A stretch of DNA of 63,621 nt, counting the filler, from Chiloscyllium plagiosum (taxonomy: Eukaryota): the NCBI RefSeq assembly GCF_004010195.1. It is 4 parts of one record of this genome, joined end to end, with 100 filler letters (N's around TTAATTAATTAA, not from the genome) between each part and the next. Parts side by side here need not be neighbours in the genome. Positions count along the whole stretch, not along the records: positions 28,723 to 46,509 come from NC_057716.1; positions 46,610 to 59,226 come from NC_057716.1; 2 more parts are not named here. One strand, 5' to 3'. Below the pieces are notes generated by a model. That model was not told where the DNA came from and searched no databases. It was given only the letters and a program-made list of their open reading frames with translations. Made by a program: the position numbers and the translations under genes. Positions within the stretch are counted from its first letter, which is position 1. Every line of letters begins with the position of its first letter. This document shows, piece by piece, positions 39,048 through 50,358 of this stretch.

Positions 39048-39210
39048 AACAAAAACTTCCAACTCGGCGAACAGAACCACAGCAACGAGCACCCGAGCTA
39101 CAAATCTTCTCACAAACTTTGAACAAAATAAATGATTAGTTTATCTGTTTTGCGAATGTTGGTATGAATGTTGTTCAAGATTACCTGCTCTCCTTCGAAT
39201 GGTGCCATAT

Positions 39211-39408
39211 ATAGAACATAGAAAAAATACAGCGCAGTACAGGCCCTTTGGCCCTCGATGTTGCGCCGATCTAAGCCTACCTAACTTACACTAGCCCACT
39301 ATCCTCCATATGCCTATCCAATGCCCATTTAAATGCCCATAAAGAGGGAGAGTCCACCACTGCTACTGGCAGGGCATTCCATGAATTCACAACTCGCTGA
39401 GTAAAGAT
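39211..39408 (-). mobile_element. CR1 3' tail (same young subfamily as 15070-16030)
   Basis: atagaacatagaaaaaatacagcgcagtacaggccctttggccctcgatgttgcgccgatc. Confidence 0.92.
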
Positions 39409-39714
39409 GGATATAAGGGCAATCAGGATATTTTCAAGTCTAATTTAATTTCTGACTGAAGAAAGAAAAGTGCCGTTAATAACATCAAAACATTTCAAAG
39501 TACTTTACACCCAATGAGGTACTTTATATGCAACCAGGCAACTAAATTATGCACAGCAATGTGTAAATGAATAGCTAATCTGATTATAGTTATTAATTTA
39601 AGGTTATGTTACGCAAGTACACCAGAGGAGAACTCTCTGACTCCTCTTTGACGAATCTCACAAATAATTTTATGTCAATCTGAGACAGCAAGAAGGACTT
39701 CAGTTTAAAATCTC

Positions 39715-40328
39715 TTTATTGGTCAGAGTATTGAGTACAGGAGTTGGGAGGTCTTGTTGCAGCTGTATAGGACATTTGTTAGGCCACTGTTGGAATATTG
39801 CGTGCAATTCTGGTCTCCTTCCTATCAGAAAGATGTTGTGAAACTTGAAAGGGTTCAGAAAAGATTTACAAGGACTTTGGCAGAGTTGGAGGATTTGAGC
39901 TATAGGGAGAGGGTGAACAGGCTGGGGCTGTTTTCCCTGGAGCGTCGGAGGCTGAGAGGTGACCTTTCAGATGTTTACAAAATTATGAGGGGCATGGATA
40001 GGATAAATGGGCTAAGTCTTTTCCCTGGGGTCGGGGAGTCCAAAACTAGAGGGCATAGGTTTATGGTGAGAGGGGAAAGATATAAAATAGACCTAAGGGA
40101 CAACGTTTTCACACAGAGTGTGGTACGTGTATGGATGAGCTGCCAGAGGATGTGGTGGAGGCTGGTACAATTGCAACATTTAAGAAGCATTTGGATGGGT
40201 ATATGAATAGGAAGGATTTGGAGGGATATGGGCCGGGTGCTGGCAGGTGGGACTAGATTGAGATATCTGGTCGGAATGGACAGGTTGGTCCGTTTCCATG
40301 CTGTACATCTGTATGACTCTATGACTCT
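39715..40328 (+). mobile_element. CR1 LINE 3' end
   Basis: ORF 39754..40206 VRPLLEYCVQFWSP...RRLRGDL; tatgactctatgactc tail. Confidence 0.95.
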
Positions 40329-40329
40329 G

Positions 40330-41600
40330 ACAATCCCAGTTGTAATGGTGTAAACGTCCCCTAGGTCTTCTAGCCAAGCTGTTCCAGCACAGCTAGAAAC
40401 TGGAATCTATGGATGATCTATTAGCCAAAATCACTTGGCTATGTCCTGTTCACAAAACATATTCGACAAACCCAGTTAGTCTACTCTCTATAATCAGCAA
40501 ATTTGTGATTGTTCAGCAACTGATCGATAAACTACTTATCAAATTTGTGTTCTGCTGGAATCTCTTAGGTTTAGAGCTCATTTTCTTCAGCTTTGACCTA
40601 AATGAAAGGTAAATTATCAGAATGCCAGAAGTGAATGCTCTTAATGCAAAGCATAATTTCACTGAGAGTACCATCAGGCAATGCTAATAAGTTGAAGATA
40701 ATAGGGATCAGAGCAAACTCCTCATTGACTATGACAAAAGTGATGGTCGTAGTTGTTAAACACCGATGTAGGAGTGCCTTAAAACAATATCAGCAACAAC
40801 TGTTTTGTCAATGACCTCCCTGTAAAATAAAATCCAAAGAGAGGATGCTTATCATTGATTGCTCAGTATGCAGTACCATCCATAATTCTTCTGATGAAAA
40901 AGTAATCTGGACAATAGGGCAGTATGGTAGCACAGTGGTTAGCACTGCTGCCTCAGAGTGCCAAGAGGTTGGGTCCTACCATAGCCTTGAGTGGCTGCCA
41001 CTGAAGGGTTTGCACATTCTCCCCGTGTCTGCAAGGGTGCCCTCCAGGTGCTCCAGTTCTCCCCCACAGTCCAAGATGTACAGGTGATGTGGATTAGCCA
41101 TGCTAAATTGCTCCATAATGTTGAAGGATATGCAGACGAGGTGGATTAGCCATGGTAAACATGGGTTTATGGGAATGGGTCTGGGTGGGATGCTGTTTTG
41201 AGTGTCAATGCATACTCAATGGGCTGAAAGGCCTATTTTTGCACTGTCGGGATTCAAGGACTCTCATGCAACAAGCCCTGAACAATTTGGGCTGAAGAAT
41301 AGGATGTAACAGTAGTGCCATTCAAATAACAGATAATTATTAATTCCTATTAGGTAGGATCATACCACCTCTCCTTGAATTTCCCATAATTAATATCATA
41401 ACAGTTCTTGTTGACCAGAAACTAATCTGGAGCAGTACATGAAAACTGCAGATATAAATACAAGAAGCGGGCTAATTCTGTGATGTATGGTTCACTTCCT
41501 AACTTCACAAAGAGTTTCTGCTATACAGAAGACTAGTCAGTAGTGTGGTGGAATACCTTCCTCTTATCTGGAAAAGGACAGATCCACCAATGCTTGAGAA
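40330..41600 (+). mobile_element. Old CR1/L2-like LINE fossil containing a V-SINE (~40915-41262)
   Basis: ttttgtcaatgacctccc remnant; SINE head ggtagcacagtggttagcactgctgcctca. Confidence 0.65.
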
Positions 41601-41888
41601 CATAGGCCATTCAGCCCCTCAAGTCCGGTTTGTGACAAAGAAACTGATCGATTCCAAGGTAGACAAGCAGGAGGTTGGAAGAACCCAGCAACTCGGGCAG
41701 CATCAGGAGATGGAGAAGTCAACATTTCTGGTGTAACCCAGTTCAAGGCCTCCCTTTTCCAAATGTGTGGAGGATGTCTACTATTCTATATCCAATGTAG
41801 AATCCACCAGCTCAACAAACAGTTTTTCAGTTTCATATCTGATATTAAAAAATTGGAAGTTTGCAAAACACTGATTCACTCACCTCCA

Positions 41889-42175
41889 GGAGAAAGTGAG
41901 GACTGCAGATGCTGGAGATCAGAGTCAAGAATATGCTGCTGAAAAAGCACAGCATGTCAGGCAGCATCTGAGGAGCAGGAGAATCGATGTTTCAGGCATA
42001 AGCCTTCATCAAGAATGACTGCCTACAGAACCGACTCTACCTACTTTCCTGATGATGGGCTTATATCCAAAACATCGATTCTCTTGCTCCTCGGATGCTG
42101 CCTGACCAGCTGTGCCTTTCCAGCACCTCACTCTTTGATTCTGATCTCCAGCATCTGCAGTACTCACTTTCTCCC
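41889..42175. mobile_element. Symmetric PLE-derived fold-back element
   Basis: ggagaaagtgaggactgcagatgctggagatcaga ... tctgatctccagcatctgcagtactcactttctcc; ~125-bp diverged arms around a ~30-bp spacer. Confidence 0.88.
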
Positions 42176-42261
42176 AGGTAGGGTCCTAGGCCATGTACTT
42201 AAATTCTCAGGGCGGACCAGGTGGCGGGAGTATTCACAGACATCCTTAATCCCTCAATTAA

Positions 42262-42447
42262 AATAAAAAAAACTGTGGATGCTATCAATCTAAAACAAAA
42301 ACAGAAGTTGCTGGAAAAGCTCAGCAGGTCAGGCAGCATCTGTGAAGAGAAATCAGAGTTAGTGTTTCGGGTCCGGAGACCCTTCGTCACTCCTCTTCAC
42401 AGATGCTGCCTGACTTGCTGAGCTTTTCCAGCAATGTCTGGTTTTGT
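42262..42447. mobile_element. PLE-derived fold-back (second family)
   Basis: gctggaaaagctcagcaggtcaggcagcatctgtgaagag vs ctcttcacagatgctgcctgacttgctgagcttttccagc. Confidence 0.8.
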
Positions 42448-42817
42448 ATCTTTAACATCACCTTACTATGATCTGAAGTCCTCACCTGCTTCAAGAAGGC
42501 CATTATCATCCAGGCCAAAGAAAAATTGTGCAGTGTGCCTCAATGGCTATAGCTTTGTGGCTCTGACCTCCATAATTGGTATTTTAAAGATCAATGTCCC
42601 TGAACCCTCAAGTCTGTGTGGACATCCACTGAAATTAACATGTAGGGGCACTATGGATCCATGGTAGTGTTCCTACCTCTGAGCCAAGAGATCCAAATTC
42701 ATGTCCCACCTGTTCGAATGGTGTGTAATAATATCTCCGGATAGGTTGTTTAGAAAATATCTTTAACTACATGCCATCTAGAAAGTATTCTAATCTACCC
42801 ATTTTTAAGGTCAAAAT

Positions 42818-43142
42818 TAGATTAGATTAGATTAGATTAGATTACTTACAGTGTGGAAACAGGCCCTTCGGCCCAACAAGTCCACACCGCCCCGCCGAAG
42901 CGCAACCCACCCATACCCCTACATTTACCCCTTACCTAACACTATGGCCAATTTAGCATGGCCAATTTACCTGACCTGCACATCTGTGGACTGTGGGAGG
43001 AAACCGGAGCACCCGAAGGAAACCCACGCAGACACGGGGAGAACGTGCAAACTCCACACAGTCAGTCGCCTGAGGTGGGAATTGAACCCAGGTCTCTGGC
43101 GCTGTGAGGCCGCAGTGCTAACTACTATGCCACTGTGCCACC
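42818..43142 (-). mobile_element. Young HE1-like V-SINE
   Basis: (ttaga)n tail on +; complete V core and tRNA-like head. Confidence 0.93.
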
Positions 43143-43145
43143 CAA

Positions 43146-44240
43146 AATGGATAACCTCACACTTGTTGCCATTGAACTCCATCTGCCATAATTCTGACCA
43201 TGCATCTAGTTTGTCAATATCCCTTTGTAATTTTATGCTATCATTTGCACTGTTTATGGGTGGCACGGTGGCACAGTGGTTAGCACTGCTGCCTCACAGC
43301 AACAGAGACCCGGGTTCAATTCCCACCTCAGGCGACTGTCTGTGTGGAGTTTGCACGTTTTCCCCGTGTCTGCTTGGGTTTCCACCGGGTGCTCCGGTTT
43401 CCTCCCACAGTCCAAAAAATGTGCAGGTAAGGTGAATTGTCCATGCTAAATTGCCCGTAGTGTTAGGTAAGGGGTAAATGTAGGGGTATGGGTGGGTGGC
43501 GGGTCGGTGTGGACTTGTTGGGCCGAAGGGCCTGTTTCCACACTGTAATGTAATCTCATGTAATGCCTTCCAACTTTGTGTCATCAATAAATTTGAATAG
43601 ATGACCTCATATATCTTTATCCATGTCGTTGACAAATATTGTGAATAATTGATTTAATTTGATAAGATTTATTATTGTTACAAGTACTTAGGCACAGTGA
43701 AAAGATTTGGTTTGCATGCAACACATGCAGATCATACCATACAAAGTGCATAAGGGTAATAGACCAGAGCGAGGAATACAATATTATGGCTGAAGACAAG
43801 GTGCACAAAGTCTGAACTCAACACTAATTAATGCCCTAACACAGATCATGTGAGAAACTATTGGTCACACCCTGCCAATTTGAGAACCTACCTGTTAAGA
43901 ATCCTTCTGTCGCTCTCCCCTCAGCCAATTTGACAACCATATCAGTAATTTGCCTTCAATTCCATGGGCTTCTTCCTTATTTAACAGTCTCTTATGGGGA
44001 ACTTTATCAAATGCATTCTGGAAGTCCATGGATAGATATTTCCCTGCCCTTTAACTCAGTCACTTTGTCAAAAAATTCACTGAGGTTTGTCAGACATGAT
44101 CCACCTATCATGAAGTCGTGCTGCCTGTCCCTGATTAACTGAAGTTTCCCATCCTTGATTTTAGACAATTTCCCCAATGCAGATGTTAATCTAATTGGTC
44201 TGCAATTGCCTGGTTTTCCTCTTTCGCACTTAAAAAGCTT
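43146..44240 (-). mobile_element. Old CR1 RT fragments interrupted by later insertions
   Basis: LQRDIDKL...WQMEFNGNKCEVIHFG; PGNCRPIRLTS...GSCLTNLSEFFDKVT. Confidence 0.8.
43258..43558 (+). mobile_element. Young HE1-like V-SINE
   Basis: gggtggcacggtggcacagtggttagcactgctgcctcacagc (A box), ggttcaattccc (B box), V core. Confidence 0.93.
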
Positions 44241-45994
44241 CCAGGTCAAATCTAATCCATTTGATTGGCACCCTTTCCACCAGTTTGAACAAACTATCTC
44301 CACACTGGTGCACAGTGGGAACAGCATGTACCAGCCACAAAATACATTGCTGGAATTCACCAGAGTTCCTTCAAAAGCATTTCCTAAACTCACAATCCCT
44401 TATGTATTAGAAGGACAAGGGCAGTAGGCACATTGGCACACCAGTACTGTTCACTTTCACTTCTAAGCCACTTACCATCCTGATTTGGAAATATATCATT
44501 GTTTCCTCCAAGGTTAAGTGGATTGGCCATACTAAATTGACCCATAGTTTCCAGAGATGTGCAGGCTACGTGGATTAGCTCCGTGGTAAATATGGGGTAA
44601 TGGGGATAGGGTCAAGGTGCTGGCCTGGATAGGATGTCCTTCAGAGGGTCAGTGCAGACTCAATGGGTCGAATAGCCTATTACCACGATGTAGGACCTCT
44701 AAGATTCTATAAAATTGCCAAAATACTGAAACTCACTCTTTAACAGGACTGGGAACATATCTTAAACTCGCTTCTCCCCTTCTTATTCTTGAAAACTAGC
44801 TGGGGATGGGCAACAAATGTTAGCCTCACCAGTGCAACTTATATCATGTGAATTGATCAGAAGTAAAAATTATCTTATCAACTTCATGACACTTATTTAA
44901 TATAGATGCTAATCTATTAGGATTCAAAACTTTCCTTCAAAAACATTTACTTTTCAAAGGGGTAATTCAGAATAGGTACTGGCTTATTTTTAAAATAAGA
45001 GCATTTACTTATTTAAGGCAAACTAATGCAAGAATTGCTTATATTTCATGGCAGAACATCAATTCATAAGTGGCATAATCTTTCAGTAAAGCGATGTGGG
45101 ATATTTTCAAACGTATAAAATAAGGCCGGATAACATGATTTTATTATACAACTTGTGTTGTATACTAATGTTAAAAAGACAAGCAATTAAAACATTTTAC
45201 ACCCAGCATACATTGCTGAAAATGCTCAGCAGGTCAATCTGCTTCTGGTAAAATGCAACACTTCAAAATTTCTAATCTGAAACATGAAGCTATTTGATCA
45301 CTGACCTACAGTGTGTCCTTTAAAATTTTGGTTTTGTTAATAGTTAGGACAGGGAAAGGATTGGCCTGGATTGTCAGGTAAACTTCATCTTCCTCCACCC
45401 AAATGCTCTATCATTCTTATTCAGCTGAGACAATTTCGTAGAAGCACAGAATCCCGACTGCACAGAAATAGGCCATTTGGCCCACTGAGTTTGCACTGCC
45501 CCATTAAAGGACATTCTACCCATACCCAGGCCTCAAACATATTGGTGTCAATTGTATTCTATCACACTCCTGACTAGGTCTCGGTGGCTTGTGACAGGTC
45601 CCGGCTTGGTCTCTCAGCTGCTTGTGGGGGTATGTTCCTGAGCTACCGAGGGAGTTTGAAGAGGCAGCTGTTCCAGCAGCAGCAGCGAAAGATTCAGTGG
45701 CAGCAGCCGTGGATACAGCCAGCTGAGGTCTCCCCGGAAGAGCGCGGTATGTGGAGGACTCATCAAAGGCTATTGAACTTTTAACACATATCTTTATTTT
45801 CCTAACTTAAACAACAAAAGACTTTAACGTAAACTATTACCTATTTCTTTATTTTTCTACTATTCTATGAAGTAGTGCTTAGCTTTTTCAATTCTCGTTT
45901 CTCTTCCTACCTTGTAACTAAGTTTTTTTTACCTAGGTTCCTTGGTACCTAAGATGTGAGGTGAAATTTTACACTTTTCCCGGTATTCTTATAC

Positions 45995-46509
45995 GCTGAA
46001 AATGTGTTGCTGGAAAAGCGCAGCAGGTCAGGCAGCATCCAAGGAACAGGAGAATTGACGTTTCGGGCATAAGCCCTTCTTCAGGAATGAGGAAAGTGTG
46101 TCCAGCAGGCTAAGATAAAAGGTAGGGAGGAGGGACTTGGGGGAGGGGCGTTGGAAATGCGATAGGTGGAAGGAGGTCAAGGTGAGGATGATAGGCCGGA
46201 GTGGAGTGGGGGTGGAGGGTCAGGAAGAAGATTGCAGGTGAGGAAGGCAGTGCTGAGTTCGAGGGATTTGACTGAGACAAGGTGGGGGAGGGGAAATGAG
46301 GAAACTGGAGAAATCTGAGTTCATCCCTTGTGGTTGGAGGGTTCCTAGGCGGAAGATGAGGCGCTCTTCCTCCAACCGTCGTGTTGCTATGGTCCTGAAG
46401 AAGGGCTCATGCCCGAAACGTCGATTCTCCTGTTCCTTGGATGCTGCCTGACCTGCTGCGCTTTTCCAGCAACACATTTTCAGCTCTGATCTCCAGCATC
46501 TGCAGTCTT
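45995..46509 (-). mobile_element. Neptune-type PLE 3' end with inverted terminal arm and two hammerhead-like cores
   Basis: Minus strand IATRRLEEERLIFRLGTLQPQGMNSDFSSF; arms 45995-46085 and 46394-46484; cores 46057-46084 (-) and 46395-46422 (+). Confidence 0.88.
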
Positions 46510-46609
46510 NNNNNNNNNNNNNNNNNNNNNNNNNNNNNNNNNNNNNNNNNNNNTTAATTAATTAANNNNNNNNNNNNNNNNNNNNNNNNNNNNNNNNNNN
46601 NNNNNNNNN

Positions 46610-46930
46610 AGCAAAGAATTAGGGGATGGCCGAGGGGGGCGGAGAGAGGGGGGGGGGGGGGGTGGAGTTGGGGGAAGGTGGCTGGGAATGCGATAGGTCA
46701 GTGAATGTGGGAGTGAAGGTGATAGGTCGGAAAGGAGGGTGGAGCGGATAGGTGAGAAGGAAGATGGACAGATGGGACAGTTCAAGGGGTGGTGCCGAGT
46801 TGGAAGGTTGGAACTGGGATAAGGTGGGAGGTGGGGAAATGAGGAAACTGGTGAAATCCAAAATGATCATGTGGTTGGACCGTCCCAAGGCAGAAGATAA
46901 GGAATTCTCCCTCCAGGCATTAGGTGGCTC
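46610..46930 (-). mobile_element. Decayed Neptune-type PLE 3' region
   Basis: Similar to 46100-46380 (ggggaaatgaggaaactgg; DFTSFLISPPP). Confidence 0.75.
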
Positions 46931-47049
46931 GAGATAGTACAAGTATATATTATAAACGAGTGATTTTGTTTATATATAAGGTGGGGGTACGACAGAATGT
47001 ACTCATAATTGAGTCCTGTGAGTATTTTCAGAGTAAGTCTTGCTTCAGT

Positions 47050-48530
47050 TATAGAGTCATTGAGATGTACAGCATGGAAACAGACCCTTTGGTCCAACCC
47101 ATCCATGCTGACCAGATATCCCAACCCAATCTTGTCCCACCCGCCAGCACCAGCCCATATCCCTCCAAACACTTCCTATTCATATATACCCATCCAAATG
47201 CCTCTTAAATGTTGCAATTGTACCAGTCTCCACCACATTCTCTGGCAGCTCATTCCATACACCTACCACCCTCTGCGTGAAAAGCTGCCCCTTAGGTCTC
47301 TTTTATATCTTTCCCCTCTCACCCTCAACCTATGCCCTCTAGTTCTGGACTCCCTGACCTCAGGGAAAAGCCTTTGTCAATTTATCCTATCTATGCCCCT
47401 CATAATTTTGTACACTTCTATAAGGTCACCCCTCAGCCTCCCAAGCTCCAGGGAAAACAGCCCCAGCCTGTTCAGCCTCTCCCTGTAGCTCAGATCCTCC
47501 AACCCTGGCAACATCCTTGTAAATCTTTTCTGAACCCTTTCAAGTTTCACAACATCTTTCCAATAGGAAGGAGACCAAAATTGCATGCAATATTCCAACA
47601 GTGGCCTAACCAATGTCCTGGGTAAAAACAATGACTGCAGATGCTGGAAACCAGATTTTCGATTAGTGGTGCTGGAAGAGCACAGCAGTTCAGGCAGCAT
47701 CCGAGGAGCATCAAAATTGACGTTTCGGGCAAAAGCCCTTCATCACTCTTATGCTTGCATGCAAATCATTTATATAAATGACAAAAACTAGAGGACCCAG
47801 CACCGATCCTTGTGGCACTCCACTGGTCACAGGCCTCCAGTCTAAAAACAACCCTCCACCACCACCTTCTGTCTTCTACCTTTGAGCCAGTTCTGTATCC
47901 AAATGGCTAGTTCTCCCTATATTCCATGAGATCTAACCTTGCTAATCAGTCTCCCATGGGGAACCTTGTCGAATGCCTTACTGAAGTCCATATAGATCAC
48001 ATCTACCGCTCTGCCCTCATCAATCCTCTTTGTTACTTCTTCAAAAAACTCAATCAAGTTTGTGAGACATGATTTCCCANNNNNNNNNNNNNNNNNNNNN
48101 NNNNNNNNNNNNNNNNNNNNNNNNNNNNNNNNNNNNNNNNNNNNNNNNNNNNNNNNNNNNNNNNNNNNNNNNNNNNNNNNNNNNNNNNNNNNNNNNNNNN
48201 NNNNNNNNNNNNNNNNNNNNNNNNNNNNNNNNNNNNNNNNNNNNNNNNNNNNNNNNNNNNNNNNNNNNNNNNNNNNNNNNNNNNNNNNNNNNNNNNNNNN
48301 NNNNNNNNNNNNNNNNNNNNNNNNNNNNNNNNNNNNNNNNNNNNNNNNNNNNNNNNNNNNNNNNNNNNNNNNNNNNNCATTTCAAGGCATCCAGCATTTC
48401 CTCCTCTGTAATCTGGACATTTTGCAAGATGTCATCATCTATTTCCCTACAGTCTATATCTTCCATATCCTTTTCCACAGTAAATACTGATGCAAAATAC
48501 TCATTTAGTATCTCCCCCATTTTCTGTGTT
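47050..48530 (-). mobile_element. CR1 LINE (RT to 3' end) with a PLE insert at ~47621-47745 and a gap at 48080-48377
   Basis: MGEILNEYFASVFT; RTLVRPLLEYCMQFWSP...LRGDLIEVYKI; insert carries gacgtttcgggcaaaagcccttcatca. Confidence 0.92.
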
Positions 48531-48763
48531 GGTGAATTCACAAAGTCTTTCAATGTGTCTCAGAAAGAATTCTCTTCATAAATTCAGCAAAGGTCCCATG
48601 AAAAGTGCTTGGAATCCATACCAATGAGGCATATCGTTGGAGGCGCATAACCAGGCAGCCTTCTGAATGAGTGTTAGCAGGCATCTTACCATGACAATTA
48701 TAACAAGTGAGGGCTGTGATGGAATCTCCCCCATTTGTCTGGATGAGTACAGCTCCAACAATA

Positions 48764-48929
48764 AATACCAAAAGAACGGCAGATGCTATAAATCAGAGAT
48801 AAAAACAGAAGTTTCTGGAAAAGCTCAGCAGGTCTGGCAGCATCTGTGCAGAGAAATTAGAGCTAACATTTCAGGTCCCGTGACTCTTACTGAGTTCAGA
48901 CCCATTCCAGCAACTTCTATTTTTGTTAA
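48764..48929. mobile_element. PLE-derived insert (second family) in an old LINE
   Basis: ctggaaaagctcagcaggtctggcagcatctgtg; flanks agctccaacaata / agttccaacaata. Confidence 0.7.
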
Positions 48930-49169
48930 AGTTCCAACAATACTTGATTGACACCATCCTGGTCAAAAGTGCTCACTTTATTGGCATCACATTCACTTCC
49001 TCCACCACTGATACTCAGGAACAGCTGTCTGTATACCATATGTAAGATGGTCTGCATGAATTCACCAAGGTTCCTTCGGGAGCACCTTTCAAACCTGTGA
49101 CTATCCTCTAAAGAAGGACAAGGGTATCAGATCGAAGCCATGCTTCATCCTGGACATATGTCATAGTTC

Positions 49170-49445
49170 GGTAAAAACAAGGACCGCAGAAGCTGGAACC
49201 AGAGTCTAGATTAGAGTGGTGCTGGAAAAGCACAGCAGGTCAGGCAGCATCCGAGGAGCAGGAAAACCGACGTTTCAGGCAAAAGCCCTTCATCAGGAAT
49301 AGAGGAATCAGGAATATCTCTCCACTCTGCAGGCACCCTGCCTCTATTCCTGATGAAGGGCTTTTGCCCGAAACGTTGATTTTCCTGCTCCTCTGATGCT
49401 GCCTGACCTGCTGTGCTTTTCCAGCACCACTCTAATCTAGACCCC
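49170..49445. mobile_element. PLE-derived fold-back with 15-bp TSD and paired hammerhead-like cores
   Basis: Arms 49204-49305 / 49341-49442; TSD catatgtcatagttc at 49155-49169 and 49446-49460; cores 49269-49296 (-) and 49350-49377 (+). Confidence 0.92.
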
Positions 49446-49632
49446 CATATGTCATAGTTCCTCCACTGTTGCTGGGCCAAAATCTTGGAATTCCTTCCCT
49501 CGCAGCATTATGGATGTACCTACAACAAATAGACAGCCGTGGTTCAAGAAGGCAGCTCACTATTATATTCTTAAGGACAATTAGGAACATGCAAAAAGTG
49601 CTGGTGCAACAGTGACATCTGTATCCCATACA

Positions 49633-50358
49633 TAGAACATAGAACATAGAAAAATACAGTGCAGTACAGGCCCTTTGGCCCTCGATGTTGCGCCGATCCA
49701 AGCCCACCTAACCTACACTAGCCCACTATCCTCCATATGCCTATCCAATGCACGTTTAAATGCCCATAATGAAGGAGAGTCCACCACTGCTACTGGCAGG
49801 ACATTTATCAAGTCACCCCTAAACCTTCTTTTCTCCAATGAAACAGCCCCAAGTGCCTCAGCCTTTCCTCATACGATCTTCCTACCATACCAGGCAACAT
49901 CCTAGTAAACCTCCTCTGCATCCCTTCCAGTGCCTCCACATCCTTTCTATAGTATGGCGACCAAAACTGCACACAATGCTCCAGATGTGGCCGCACCAGA
50001 GTCTTATACAACTGCAACATGACCTCAGGGCTCCGGAACTTAACTCCTCTACCAATAAAAGCCAGTACGCCATATGCCTTCTTCACCCCACTATTTACCT
50101 GGGTGGCGACTTTCAGAGATCTGTGTACATGGACACCAAGATCCCTCTGCTCATCCACACTACCAAGTATCCGACCATTAGCCCAGTACCCCGTCTTTTT
50201 GTTACTCTTACCAAAGTGAATCACCTCACACTTACCTACATTGAACTCCATTTGCCACCTTTCTGCCCAGCTCTGCAACTTATCTATATCCCGCTGTAAC
50301 CTGACACATCCTTCCTCACTGTCAACAACTCCACCGACTTTCGTATCATCCGCAAACA
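49633..50358 (-). mobile_element. Young CR1 LINE 3' part with internal deletion
   Basis: FADDTKVGGVVDSEEGC...RPHLEHCVQFWSP; catagaacatagaa tail. Confidence 0.95.

Larger units (their letters stand above)
37503..39123 (+). mobile_element. Penelope/Poseidon-type PLE, 5'-truncated, with inverted upstream pseudo-LTR
   Basis: RT: PRFYGLPKVHKPDIPLRPIVS, VSFDVTALFTSI, YEQINGTPMG; GIY-YIG: YIGQTGRQLTIRIHEH...AREFLEAWH; 37620-37770 is the reverse complement of ~38870-39022; TSD aacaaaataaatga. Confidence 0.95.

Noticed and set aside
41889..42175. Fold-backs as miRNA precursors or DNA-transposon MITEs
   Set aside because: Arms are PLE terminal sequence, and most copies have long variable TSDs and unequal arms; there is no miRNA evidence from sequence alone.
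43258..43330. tRNA genes suggested by A/B-box sequences
   Set aside because: These are tRNA-derived SINE heads running into V-domain cores and LINE-like tails; no complete cloverleaf is evident.
42851..43435. 194-aa ORF as a host gene
   Set aside because: Composed of antisense SINE, CR1 and sense SINE sequence.
46620..46680. G-quadruplex-like G tract
   Set aside because: Part of the PLE 3' region directly beside a gap; homopolymer length is unreliable.
38239..48581. Long ORFs spanning N runs (38239-39027 and 48050-48581)
   Set aside because: Their length is due to X codons; only the flanking PLE and CR1 parts are real.
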